A stretch of DNA of 42,704 nt from Candidatus Micrarchaeota archaeon. GTDB lineage: Archaea; Micrarchaeota; Micrarchaeia; Norongarragalinales; SBBD01. The position numbers and the translations under genes are program-made. The stretch lies in assembly GCA_043813365.1 (NCBI GenBank), contig JBDRLB010000052.1, forward strand, positions 1 to 42,704. Direction: 5' to 3'. A model generated the notes under the pieces. It did no database searches. It was not told the DNA's origin and saw only the letters and a list, made by a program, of their open reading frames with translations. Shown here one piece after another: positions 1 through 8,094 of the stretch. Every line of letters starts with the position of its first letter. The stretch's first letter is position 1.

Positions 1-501
1 GGGACGCTGAAGAAATTGAACAGGCAGGAGCTCGAGGGAGTGATTGCGCATGAGATGTCCCATATCAAGAACTACGACATAAGGATGATGATGTATGCAG
101 CGGTGATGGTGGGAGCGATTGCGATAATGGCGCACATGATGCTGAGAATTGGCTTCATGGGAGGAAGAAGCAACAATAAGGGAAAGGGCGGCGGGATTAT
201 TATGGTACTCGGGCTGGTAGCAATGATTATCGCGCCGATAGTTGCGAAGATGGTGCAGTTGGCAATTTCAAGGAAGCGCGAGTACCTTGCGGATGCTTCA
301 GGTGCGCTGCTTACGCGCTACCCCGCAGGGCTTGCTGGGGCGCTTGAAAAAATACAGAAGGATACCTCCACAATGGAAAGCGTCAGCGAGGCCGTTGCGC
401 CGCTTTTCATCTCCAACCCTTTGAGGAACCGCTTTCTCGGGAACTTGTTCAGCTCGCATCCTCCGCTGGAGGACAGGATTGCAATATTGAGGAAGATGTA
501 A
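1..501 (+). CDS. htpX: Zinc metalloprotease HtpX (peptidase M48), 5'-partial
   Basis: ELEGVIAHEMSH (HExxH), two hydrophobic segments, SRKREYLAD and C-terminal FSSHPPLEDRI motifs. The frame is open from base 1, so the true start lies outside the window. Confidence 0.95.
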   Translation, partial: GTLKKLNRQELEGVIAHEMSHIKNYDIRMMMYAAVMVGAIAIMAHMMLRIGFMGGRSNNKGKGGGIIMVLGLVAMIIAPIVAKMVQLAISRKREYLADASGALLTRYPAGLAGALEKIQKDTSTMESVSEAVAPLFISNPLRNRFLGNLFSSHPPLEDRIAILRKM

Positions 502-502
502 A

Positions 503-826
503 ATGGAAACCGGAATAATCGAGGTGCAGGTGACGTGCGGAAGCCTCCGCGATGCGAAGAAGATTGCTGAAACGCTGGTTGCGGAGAAGTTGGTTGCATG
601 CGCGAACATCAACGAGGTTGAAAGCGTTTACAGGTGGAAGGGGAAGTTCGAGCACCATAGCGAATGGACGGTGCATATGAAAACCGCTGAAGCGCTATAT
701 GCAAAAGTGGAGAATAGGAGCAAGGAGCTCAACTCCTACGAGCAGCCCGCGATTTTCGCTGTTGAGCTGAAACCCATGGAGGAAGGATTTAAGAAGTGGG
801 TGCTGGAGAACGTGAAAATATTGTAA
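503..826 (+). CDS. cutA: Divalent-cation tolerance protein CutA
   Basis: AKKIAETLVAEKLVACAN, SVYRWKGK and ELNSYEQPAI (family HPYExP-like) motifs; 107 aa; starts 1 nt after the htpX stop. Confidence 0.93.
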   Translation: METGIIEVQVTCGSLRDAKKIAETLVAEKLVACANINEVESVYRWKGKFEHHSEWTVHMKTAEALYAKVENRSKELNSYEQPAIFAVELKPMEEGFKKWVLENVKIL

Positions 827-843
827 AGTGTAAGAATGGCAGT

Positions 844-2244
844 TCAGACTACTCCGCAAAGAACCTTCATCACTTTCACTGCTTTCAGGGGGTCATTGTA
901 ATCCGGGATGTTGTTCTGCCTCAGGACCGTGACGCCTTCCGCGGAATATTTTCCGCCCATGAAAACGCACACTATGGGCTTGTTGGGGAATTTCTTGTGG
1001 GCTGCAACAACGGCTTCCGCATCCTCCTTTGTGCGGGTCATCGTTTGCAGTGTTTGTATCACAATCAATCCGTCGATGCTTTTATCAGCAAGAAGTATGT
1101 TGAGAGCTGCCTCATACCTTTCAGGAAGGGCATCCCCCACCAAATCAAGCGGGTTCGCGCGGGAGTAAGCGGGGTGCATCTTTTTTGTAGCATCCAATTT
1201 GGAGATGATTTCTGGCGATAGTTCCGCAACGTTTAGTCCGTGGAGGTCGCAATAATCTGCAGTGAGGACGCCGACACCCCCGCCGTTTGTTATAATTGCA
1301 ACATTGTTTCCGTTGATACGGGGCTGTTCGGAAAGCGCTTTTGCCAAATCAAATAAATCTTCAACTGATTCCGCCATGAACACCCCCGCCTGCTTCATTG
1401 CTGCTTCATAAACGGCGAATGAGCCCGCAAGGGAGCCGGTATGGGAGGCTATTGCCTTTTCACCGCGGGAGGAGCGGCCGCCTTTCAGCAAAATTATGGG
1501 TTTTTTCTTCGTTACTTCGGTGGCGATACGCAGGAACTTCCTGCCGTCCCGGATCCCCTCCAGATAAAGCGTGATTGCCGTGGTTTTTTCATCCTCCGAG
1601 CAGAACTCCAGGAAATCAGAAACATCAAGGTCGGCGGAATTGCCAAGGCTGACTAGCAGCGAGAACGCGTATCTCGCCTCTAGCGCCCAATCAACAACCG
1701 AATCGGCAAGCGCGCCGCTCTGCGAGATGAATGCGATTTCTCCTGCTTCAGGCATCGAGAGTGCGAAGGATGCGTTCAAACCAACAGGGGGGCGCAGGAT
1801 CCCTAAGACGTTCGGCCCAAGTATCCGGATTCCTGCTTTTTGCGCAATTGAAATGAGCTCTTCCTGCTTCTTTTTTCCTTCGGGGCCGCTTTCGGCAAAG
1901 CCTGCTGAAATCACAATTGCGGCCTTTACCTTTTTTTCTGCACAGTCCTTCATCACATCAAGAACTTTCTGCGAAGGGACCGCAATTACTACCAAATCAA
2001 CTGCTTCAGGAACATCCGTAACTTTCGCGTAGCATTTTTTCCCCAATATCTCTTCCTCATTGGGGTTTATGGGGTAAACATGCCCCCGGAAGGTGGCATC
2101 GTTATAGCCTTTGAAAACCGCGCCTTCTACGAGGCTTTTCAGCACCCCGTAACCGACCTTGTTGGAATTGCTGGAAGCGCCGATTACTGCAACGCATTTC
2201 GGGTCCGTCAGCGCATCCATTGCATTCCTTGTTGAATCATCCAT
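844..2244 (-). CDS. acdA: Acetate--CoA ligase (ADP-forming), alpha subunit
   Basis: CoA-binding VAVIGAS...KVG, YPINP, ISAGFAE, ILGPN, AFISQSGAL, phospho-His motif SHTGSLAG, TNGGGVGV, NPLDLVGDA. Confidence 0.93.
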   Translation of the reverse strand: MDDSTRNAMDALTDPKCVAVIGASSNSNKVGYGVLKSLVEGAVFKGYNDATFRGHVYPINPNEEEILGKKCYAKVTDVPEAVDLVVIAVPSQKVLDVMKDCAEKKVKAAIVISAGFAESGPEGKKKQEELISIAQKAGIRILGPNVLGILRPPVGLNASFALSMPEAGEIAFISQSGALADSVVDWALEARYAFSLLVSLGNSADLDVSDFLEFCSEDEKTTAITLYLEGIRDGRKFLRIATEVTKKKPIILLKGGRSSRGEKAIASHTGSLAGSFAVYEAAMKQAGVFMAESVEDLFDLAKALSEQPRINGNNVAIITNGGGVGVLTADYCDLHGLNVAELSPEIISKLDATKKMHPAYSRANPLDLVGDALPERYEAALNILLADKSIDGLIVIQTLQTMTRTKEDAEAVVAAHKKFPNKPIVCVFMGGKYSAEGVTVLRQNNIPDYNDPLKAVKVMKVLCGVV

Positions 2245-2253
2245 AATACCATC

Positions 2254-2883
2254 TTATTTCAGCACTATCCTCGCATCCACAACCGAAAGCTCTTCCTCGC
2301 CCGCAATTACGGGATTGAAGTCCAGCTCAAGTATGTCCTCATTCTGGATGAGCTCGGCCGCTTTGAATACGATCTCGGCCAGTTTTTGCAGGCTCACTTT
2401 CTTCCCCCTGTAGCCCCGGATGAAAGCGGCTGCCTTCGTTTCCATTATGAGCTTCTCGATTTCTTCGGAAGTGATGGGCAGAACGCGCAGGGAGCGTTCC
2501 TTCAGCAGTTCCACGAAAATCCCTCCGAGCCCGAAAACGATCACTTTGCCGAAGCTGGGGTCGTCCTTGCCGCCTATGATGAACTCCACTCCCTCTTTCT
2601 GTTCCTGTAGCAAATACTCTTGAACCTCTAGCCCTGTTGCTGCCTCGTTGAGCACATCGAACTGCTCCCGTAATTCCGATTGCGAATGGATGTTCAGCCT
2701 CACAAGCCCGCGCTCGGTTTTGTGCACTGCTTCCTTGCTTATCAGTTTCAGCACGTAAGGGATCTGCAATTGCTTCGATGCCTTGAGAAGGTCGGGGTAG
2801 CTTTTAGCACGCACGCTTTTTGCGAATGGGATGGAATATTTCCCCATCAGCTCTTCCGCTTCTTCTGGCAAGGCAATGTGCAT
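2254..2883 (-). CDS. acdB: Acetate--CoA ligase (ADP-forming), beta subunit (ATP-grasp)
   Basis: PYVLK, VHKTERG (beta His motif), EFIIG..DPSFG.VIVFGLGGIFVE, ELDFNP, VVDARI. ATG at 2883 preferred over TTG at 2922; ends 9 nt before acdA. Confidence 0.9.
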   Translation of the reverse strand: MHIALPEEAEELMGKYSIPFAKSVRAKSYPDLLKASKQLQIPYVLKLISKEAVHKTERGLVRLNIHSQSELREQFDVLNEAATGLEVQEYLLQEQKEGVEFIIGGKDDPSFGKVIVFGLGGIFVELLKERSLRVLPITSEEIEKLIMETKAAAFIRGYRGKKVSLQKLAEIVFKAAELIQNEDILELDFNPVIAGEEELSVVDARIVLK

Positions 2884-2975
2884 AAATCTCAACTTGGGGA
2901 GGGAATCATCGGCAAAATGCAATTGGCCGAAAAGATTAATGTAGATCCGTATTTGAAGGTTTGCTTTAAAATCGC

Positions 2976-4481
2976 CTAAACGAGGTCGATGATTATCTTC
3001 TCCACTTCGAATATCTTGTTCTTCTGGAGGTTCTGCATCGCGAAATCAAGCTTTGATTGGGAAGTGGAGTAAAGCTCGGCGAGCTCGTCCCCCATCTCGA
3101 TGTTCTCGCCCTTCTTGACCTTAAGCAATACCCCTGCCTTTTTCTCGTTCGGCGCGCCGAGCATCCGGCAGATGCGTGAGAGCGCGCGGTTGTCGATGTG
3201 CGCGATTTTCCCGCGCTCGTCCGCATAAATCTTCGCATGGGTATGGCCGAGAACGATGTCCGAGGATTTGATGTTGGGGTTGCCTCCTTGTGCGGCAATC
3301 ATCTCCTTCATTTTCGCGTAGGCCTTGCCGCTTTGCATCTGCTGCATTGCCACCTTGTAGCCCTCCTGCTGCGAAATCCCGCGCACCATTTGCAGGATTA
3401 TGCCGCACATCTGGCATGCCTTCTCAAAAAGCATGTTATGCTCATTTGTTTCAAATGTTCGAAGCACTTCCCTAGCTTCCAATGCAGGCCCAATGCCATC
3501 CGTTACAGGGGAGGAACCGTCGGAAATGAGGCACTTGATCTTCATATCCAAGCTGGTGCCTAAGCTTTCGAAATCCCGCGCGAGGTTGTGCGCCTCATCC
3601 AGCTTCTCGATTTTTGCGCCTTTCCCGACAGGGATGTCTATGAGCACGTATTGTGCGCCCTCCGCCTTCTTTTTTGCAAGGATGCTTGAAAGCAGGAGCG
3701 CTTTGGGATCCAAACGTAGGGGGTTGCGTATCTTGATTAGCCTGTCGTCCGCACTTGCCAACCTGACTGCGCCGCCCCATACGAGGCATGCGTTCGTTTT
3801 TGCAACTGCAGCCTCAATCTGTGAAACGGAAAGGGAAACGGGTGCGAGCACTTCCATGGTGTCGGCAGTGCCGGAAGCGGAGGAAATTGCGCGAGCTGCT
3901 GTTTTGGGAACCTTTATACCGAGTGAAGAAATTATGGGCACGATCAGCATTGCAACCCTGTCGCCAGCAACTCCGCCGATCGAATGCTCGCTGACAACTA
4001 TGGAATGATTGATCTTCAGCATTTCTCCTGATTCCGCTATTGCATTCGTGAGTGCAACTGTCTCGTCCATGCTTAAACCGTGGATGTAGATTGCGGTGAT
4101 GAATGCCGCAAGTTCAGTGGGGGAAAGGATTTCGTGCATGAGGTCGCGGATTATCGAACCAACCTCTTTCTGCGAGAGTATTTTGCCATCCAGCTTCTTC
4201 TTTATGTAATCTAGGGAAAGGGGGCGCTGGAGCGTTTCAAGCTCGATGATTTCCCCGTTCTGCGCATCCAAAAAAGCGGATACTTCCTGGAAAAGCCCGA
4301 TCTCATTCTCGGAGATCATTTTCTCCGAATGGTCAACAATCGCAACTGCGGTTTTTCCCCTCAGTTTCAGCTGCACGCGGTCGTAAAGCGTGAGGCCTAG
4401 CTCCTGCGCCTTGATCTCGTTCAGCACGACCTCGTTCTGGCCCTGCTCCACCTCGAACACTTTTGCCTTAAGCTGAACCAT
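2976..4481 (-). CDS. AMP phosphorylase / archaeal thymidine phosphorylase family protein (divergent active-site motifs)
   Basis: About 500 aa with the archaeal N-terminal extension, HSIGGVAG, PKTAARAISSASGTAD, WGG, SILAKK, DIPVGKGAK, GIGPALEA and GAP.EKKAG motifs. Confidence 0.88.
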   Translation of the reverse strand: MVQLKAKVFEVEQGQNEVVLNEIKAQELGLTLYDRVQLKLRGKTAVAIVDHSEKMISENEIGLFQEVSAFLDAQNGEIIELETLQRPLSLDYIKKKLDGKILSQKEVGSIIRDLMHEILSPTELAAFITAIYIHGLSMDETVALTNAIAESGEMLKINHSIVVSEHSIGGVAGDRVAMLIVPIISSLGIKVPKTAARAISSASGTADTMEVLAPVSLSVSQIEAAVAKTNACLVWGGAVRLASADDRLIKIRNPLRLDPKALLLSSILAKKKAEGAQYVLIDIPVGKGAKIEKLDEAHNLARDFESLGTSLDMKIKCLISDGSSPVTDGIGPALEAREVLRTFETNEHNMLFEKACQMCGIILQMVRGISQQEGYKVAMQQMQSGKAYAKMKEMIAAQGGNPNIKSSDIVLGHTHAKIYADERGKIAHIDNRALSRICRMLGAPNEKKAGVLLKVKKGENIEMGDELAELYSTSQSKLDFAMQNLQKNKIFEVEKIIIDLV

Positions 4482-4586
4482 ATGAAAAGCACCTCCGGAA
4501 AAATAGTAAAGGAAGGCGGAATTTTAAAGCAGATGGATGAAATGCCAGCAAGGTCACGACTGGGAAGAAATTTCAGGATTTATGAA

Positions 4587-5264
4587 TCAATACCTCCTGT
4601 TGCTGTAGCCGCCGTAGTTTGGGCGGTCGGAATAGCCGCCCCGGTTGTAGCCGCCGCGGTCCCCATAGCTGCCGTGGCGGTAGTGGCCGGATTCGTCCCC
4701 TTCGGAGCCTTCCTCCCGGGGAGGTATTTTCACGAATAAGTAGTATTTTTCCTCCGCTTTGAGCTCGAGCATTATTCGGTGGAGTACGATCTCCTCTATT
4801 TTCTGCAGGTGGGGCATCCGGTTGTTGATGTCCTCGAATGAAGTGAAAGGAGTAGCCTCCCTTTCTGCAATGAATGCCTCGAGGTTCTTCTTCCCAACCC
4901 CTGGCAAAAGCTCAAGCGAATGGATGCGGATATTTATGCTGCCTGCCCTGTTGAGGAAGCCTACGTAATCCTGCTCATGGTCCGTCAGGATTTTGCGGAT
5001 GACGTTCTCGACTTCGCGTTGGGAAACATTGGTAAGGTCCTTGTAAACAAGCCGCGCCTTTATTCTTTCCACTTTGTCGCGCACGTTCTTCCCGATGTAG
5101 ACTTTCTCGAAAGGCGCTACTACCGCGCCGGGCTTCAGCACCACTTCAAGAAGGGTGAAATAGCTCTCCCCCAAAAGCTGCGCAGTTGGCTCCTGCTTGC
5201 CCTCTCCCGCCTTCCCATGAGGGAGGTAATCAAGAACTAGACCGTACTCTTCCTTCCTGAACAT
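4587..5264 (-). CDS. DUF655 putative RNA-binding protein (HhH) with Gly/Arg/Tyr-rich tail
   Basis: EEYGLVLDYL, AQLLGESYFTLLE, RIHSLELLPGVGKK, PFTSFEDI; conserved position directly downstream of rpoF. Confidence 0.9.
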   Translation of the reverse strand: MFRKEEYGLVLDYLPHGKAGEGKQEPTAQLLGESYFTLLEVVLKPGAVVAPFEKVYIGKNVRDKVERIKARLVYKDLTNVSQREVENVIRKILTDHEQDYVGFLNRAGSINIRIHSLELLPGVGKKNLEAFIAEREATPFTSFEDINNRMPHLQKIEEIVLHRIMLELKAEEKYYLFVKIPPREEGSEGDESGHYRHGSYGDRGGYNRGGYSDRPNYGGYSNRRY

Positions 5265-5270
5265 TTTCGC

Positions 5271-5600
5271 TCACTTCGTATACGGCTTTATGATCTTCGC
5301 AATCTCCTTCACTTTATCCGCTGAAAATTCCAGCTTCTCCTTCGAGAGTATCGTCCTGACGAGATCTTCCTTGCCCGGAAGGAGGTTTACGAGCTCCATG
5401 ATCTGCTTTTCGGAAAGTATGTTCAGCTCCTCGAGCTCCTTTGCGAGCTTCTTCGAATCTTCCTCGGAGAGCTTGGCGAATTTTTCCAGATATTCGAGAG
5501 TGTTCTGCTGCTCATAGCCTAGCTCAGTGTCCTTCTTGCGCTTTTGGAGCAAATCCTTTGCATGTGCGAATGTGACTACCTTTTCCTCGACTACCTTCAT
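5271..5600 (-). CDS. rpoF: DNA-directed RNA polymerase subunit F (Rpo4)
   Basis: ELGYEQQNTLEYLEKFAKL and LVNLLP motifs; 109 aa; synteny between rpl21e and DUF655. Confidence 0.9.
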   Translation of the reverse strand: MKVVEEKVVTFAHAKDLLQKRKKDTELGYEQQNTLEYLEKFAKLSEEDSKKLAKELEELNILSEKQIMELVNLLPGKEDLVRTILSKEKLEFSADKVKEIAKIIKPYTK

Positions 5601-5615
5601 GTGATCACCGTTGAA

Positions 5616-5891
5616 TCATATTTTTACCAAATGCGCGCCGTTAACTACGAGCATCTTGGATTTATTGATGTCCTTGAATTTGATAACTACTGAAGTGCCC
5701 TGCATCCCTACAACATCCCCTGTTTTCTTATTGAAACGGAGGTAGGGCATGCCGTTCTGGAAGCGCGGGTTAATGTCGATGCGCACTTTTTCCCCTGGAG
5801 TGAACTTCCTCAGATGTATCGTTATAGGCAGGCGGCCCTTGCTCTTCAGGTTCCGGCCTTTTCCGGAGTATTTTCCGTGAGATCGTTTCAT
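5616..5891 (-). CDS. rpl21e: 50S ribosomal protein L21e
   Basis: MKRSHG, F.PGEKV.I.I.P, GMP..RF.KKTG.VVG.QG, K.L.V...HL. ATG at 5891 preferred over the TTG start at 5909. Confidence 0.93.
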   Translation of the reverse strand: MKRSHGKYSGKGRNLKSKGRLPITIHLRKFTPGEKVRIDINPRFQNGMPYLRFNKKTGDVVGMQGTSVVIKFKDINKSKMLVVNGAHLVKI

Positions 5892-6092
5892 TAGTACCAC
5901 TCTCTGCAAATTATAGAAACCACAATCTACTGCTGTGACCCCCTGCTGCTTCAGAATCAGCGAATGTTTGGTGATTTAAAGCAATATAAAGCTATCTTTT
6001 TTGATCGTGATTTGAAGCGCAGCCACACCTACCTGATTGAAAGATGCAACACGTGATGCATAATTCATACATAAATAGCTAAAAAACGAACA

Positions 6093-6105
6093 GAAAGTTT
6101 TTATA
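6093..6105 (+). promoter_or_regulatory. Putative BRE/TATA promoter for the 6143 gene
   Basis: GAAAGTTTTTATA ending 37 nt upstream of ATG 6143. Confidence 0.5.
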
Positions 6106-6142
6106 CTTGTTACTACCCAATAGTAGTAGTCATATTTGTGGG

Positions 6143-6412
6143 ATGCCTATGGTTATTCTTCACGACGAGCCGGACCCGATCCAGGCAGTAGGAATAATGT
6201 TCGCCTTGCTGCTTATCTGGAGCCGGATGTATGCGATGGATTTGGGGCCTGCAGAGGCAGTAGTCAATTTCTTCTCGCAGCCATGGGCAATTGCCGCTTA
6301 CATAATGGTAATGCTCGTCCCGAATTTCTTCTTCAGGGTCTTACCGGGCTCGTTGGTTTACTTCGTTGTCGGGATCATATTAGTACTCGCACTGAAATCA
6401 GGGTTGGCTTGA
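6143..6412 (+). CDS. Small hypothetical integral membrane protein (~3 TM)
   Basis: Three hydrophobic stretches; ATG at 6143 or 6149; TATA-like element upstream; next gene starts 11 nt after the stop. Confidence 0.6.
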   Translation: MPMVILHDEPDPIQAVGIMFALLLIWSRMYAMDLGPAEAVVNFFSQPWAIAAYIMVMLVPNFFFRVLPGSLVYFVVGIILVLALKSGLA

Positions 6413-6423
6413 GGTAGAATGAC

Positions 6424-6681
6424 ATGGTAGACATAGAGGAGATGGGGCCGTTCTTCATGCTTTTCGTAATGGCAATCATCATCCTGAACATGCATCTCGG
6501 CATTTCATACTCGGACATGCTCATGCCCTTCAGGAGCATTACAGGCAACCCCGCGTTCTTCGGGGTTGATTCGGTCCTCCTGCTCTCCGCAATCATCATT
6601 TTCGGCGAGAAATACTGGCACAGCATAGGCTGGCTGGTGACATTCGTATTCGTATTCGGGCTCATCTGGATACTTGGGTAG
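6424..6681 (+). CDS. Small hypothetical integral membrane protein (~3 TM)
   Basis: 85 aa, highly hydrophobic; GAGGT SD-like sequence at 6411-6415. Confidence 0.65.
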   Translation: MVDIEEMGPFFMLFVMAIIILNMHLGISYSDMLMPFRSITGNPAFFGVDSVLLLSAIIIFGEKYWHSIGWLVTFVFVFGLIWILG

Positions 6682-6786
6682 AGGGGAAAGGGCGAGGAAG
6701 ATGCGGATCCTTTGACCGATTCGCAAGGCAAATTAAAGGGGGAGCGTGCGATCCGCACAAGGGGGAATATTCCCCCGCCGCGGATG

Positions 6787-6804
6787 TTTATAAAGCTTTA
6801 TAAA
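6787..6804. promoter_or_regulatory. Perfect 18-bp palindrome TTTATAAAGCTTTATAAA (two TATA boxes)
   Basis: The sequence equals its own reverse complement; each half is a consensus archaeal TTTATAAA box; it lies upstream of the half-TBP gene. Confidence 0.7.
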
Positions 6805-6860
6805 TCCCCCAAGAGTTAAGCTTAAATACCTGTTTTGGATAAAAAGGGGGCGATCTTTGA

Positions 6861-7154
6861 ATGAAGAAGGGAAAGAAAAGGCGCAAGATTAACATGTCCT
6901 TCAAGGTGGAGAACATCGTCGCATCCGCCAATCTGGAGGTGGAGCTGGACCTATTCAACATTGCAATGGAAGTCGACAACGTGGAGTACGAGCCGGAACA
7001 GTTCCCGGGCGCAATAATGCGCTTGAAGGAGATCGGCACCACTTTGCTGCTTTTCAAGAATGGGAAGGTCATCTGCTCTGGAGCGAAGAGCGAGAAGCAG
7101 ATCGAGCAGTCAATAAAGAGGGCTGTTGAGCTTCTTGAGGACTTCATTAACTAA
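6861..7154 (+). CDS. Single-repeat TATA-box-binding protein-like protein
   Basis: KVENIVASA, LDL..IA, EYEPEQFPG, LLLFKNGKVICSGAKS make one complete TBP repeat; only 97 aa (86 aa from ATG 6894); SD-like GGGGGCGAT upstream of 6861. Confidence 0.9.
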   Translation: MKKGKKRRKINMSFKVENIVASANLEVELDLFNIAMEVDNVEYEPEQFPGAIMRLKEIGTTLLLFKNGKVICSGAKSEKQIEQSIKRAVELLEDFIN

Positions 7155-7164
7155 AGTGATCATC

Positions 7165-7347
7165 ATGGCAATCAGCAAAACGGGAGTTGCATCCCTCCTG
7201 CTCGGGATATTTTTGGTGGCGGTTACGGCTTACTTCGGCTTCCCGGGCGCAACACTTTGGGCAATCATCGGCTCGACGATTCTCGGCGGCCTCATGCTGC
7301 TCGGATTGTTCCTGATGCTGATCGGCGCGCTCATGCTCGTGATCTGA
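7165..7347 (+). CDS. Small 2-TM membrane protein (60 aa)
   Basis: MAISKTG followed by two long hydrophobic helices; ATG 10 nt after the half-TBP stop with GTGAT SD-like motif. Confidence 0.7.
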   Translation: MAISKTGVASLLLGIFLVAVTAYFGFPGATLWAIIGSTILGGLMLLGLFLMLIGALMLVI

Positions 7348-7488
7348 ATTTTATTAACGTAAAGTTCGCGAAGGCGACCCGCATTGGGTTCCTATTTTGG
7401 ATCATGTTAGTTCAGCCTTCCGTTGAGCTTTTCCCAAAACTCACTTCTTTTTTATTGTTGCGTTTCATGAATACCCCTTGCGGTACCC

Positions 7489-8004
7489 ATGCATCTGCTC
7501 ATAGTTGAATTCGATTCCCATTCGAAGCACTTAAGTGACCTGAAGCAGGAGCTCCATAAGCGATTTGGGGTGGCTGTCAGCGCGCACCATTCCCTGATGC
7601 ATTCGGATGCTTTCATCCCCCAGAAGCGCAAATGGGATGCGGAGAAAATACTCAATCAGCTGCAATCGGAGTTTTCAAGCACTCGTGAGGGGAAATTCAT
7701 GGTGCTTGCGCTTGTCCCGTACGATATTTTCGCGGATGCGCTGAATTTCGTGTTCGGGCTTGGCGAGCGCGGCGGCAATTTCGCCGTGATCTCATATTTC
7801 CGGCTCGACCCTGCGCTCGGGAACATGAAGGATGAAAAGCTGTTTCGGGAACGGATTGTTAAGGAAGCAGTGCACGAGGTGGGGCACATGATGGGCCTCG
7901 AGCACTGCCGGAACAAGAGATGCGTAATGACTTTCTCGCCAAACCTGCTGTTTGTGGATAAGAAAACGCCCGAGTTCTGCGAAAGGTGCAAATTCCTCCT
8001 CTGA
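7489..8004 (+). CDS. amzA: Archaemetzincin family Zn protease (peptidase M54)
   Basis: LNFVFG, VISYFRL, RIVKEAVHEVGHMMGLEHC, CVMTFS, VDKK...FC.RC (HExxHxxGxxH plus Cys4 Zn site). Confidence 0.92.
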   Translation: MHLLIVEFDSHSKHLSDLKQELHKRFGVAVSAHHSLMHSDAFIPQKRKWDAEKILNQLQSEFSSTREGKFMVLALVPYDIFADALNFVFGLGERGGNFAVISYFRLDPALGNMKDEKLFRERIVKEAVHEVGHMMGLEHCRNKRCVMTFSPNLLFVDKKTPEFCERCKFLL

Positions 8005-8094
8005 AAAAAAACTATTGCTGAAGAGGCGGGTTTTTGGAATATGCTGGGAAATAAACTACCAATCACTCATTGCAACATTCCTTTCCCCTTCAAT

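Noticed and set aside
5910..6142. tRNA or other stable RNA in the divergent intergenic region
   Set aside because: AT-rich with TATA-like elements; no cloverleaf or T-loop motif seen.
6682..7347. Half-TBP as a frameshifted full-length tbp
   Set aside because: I see no second-repeat motifs in the flanks; upstream is promoter/hairpin DNA and downstream is an intact membrane-protein ORF. An assembly collapse cannot be fully excluded.
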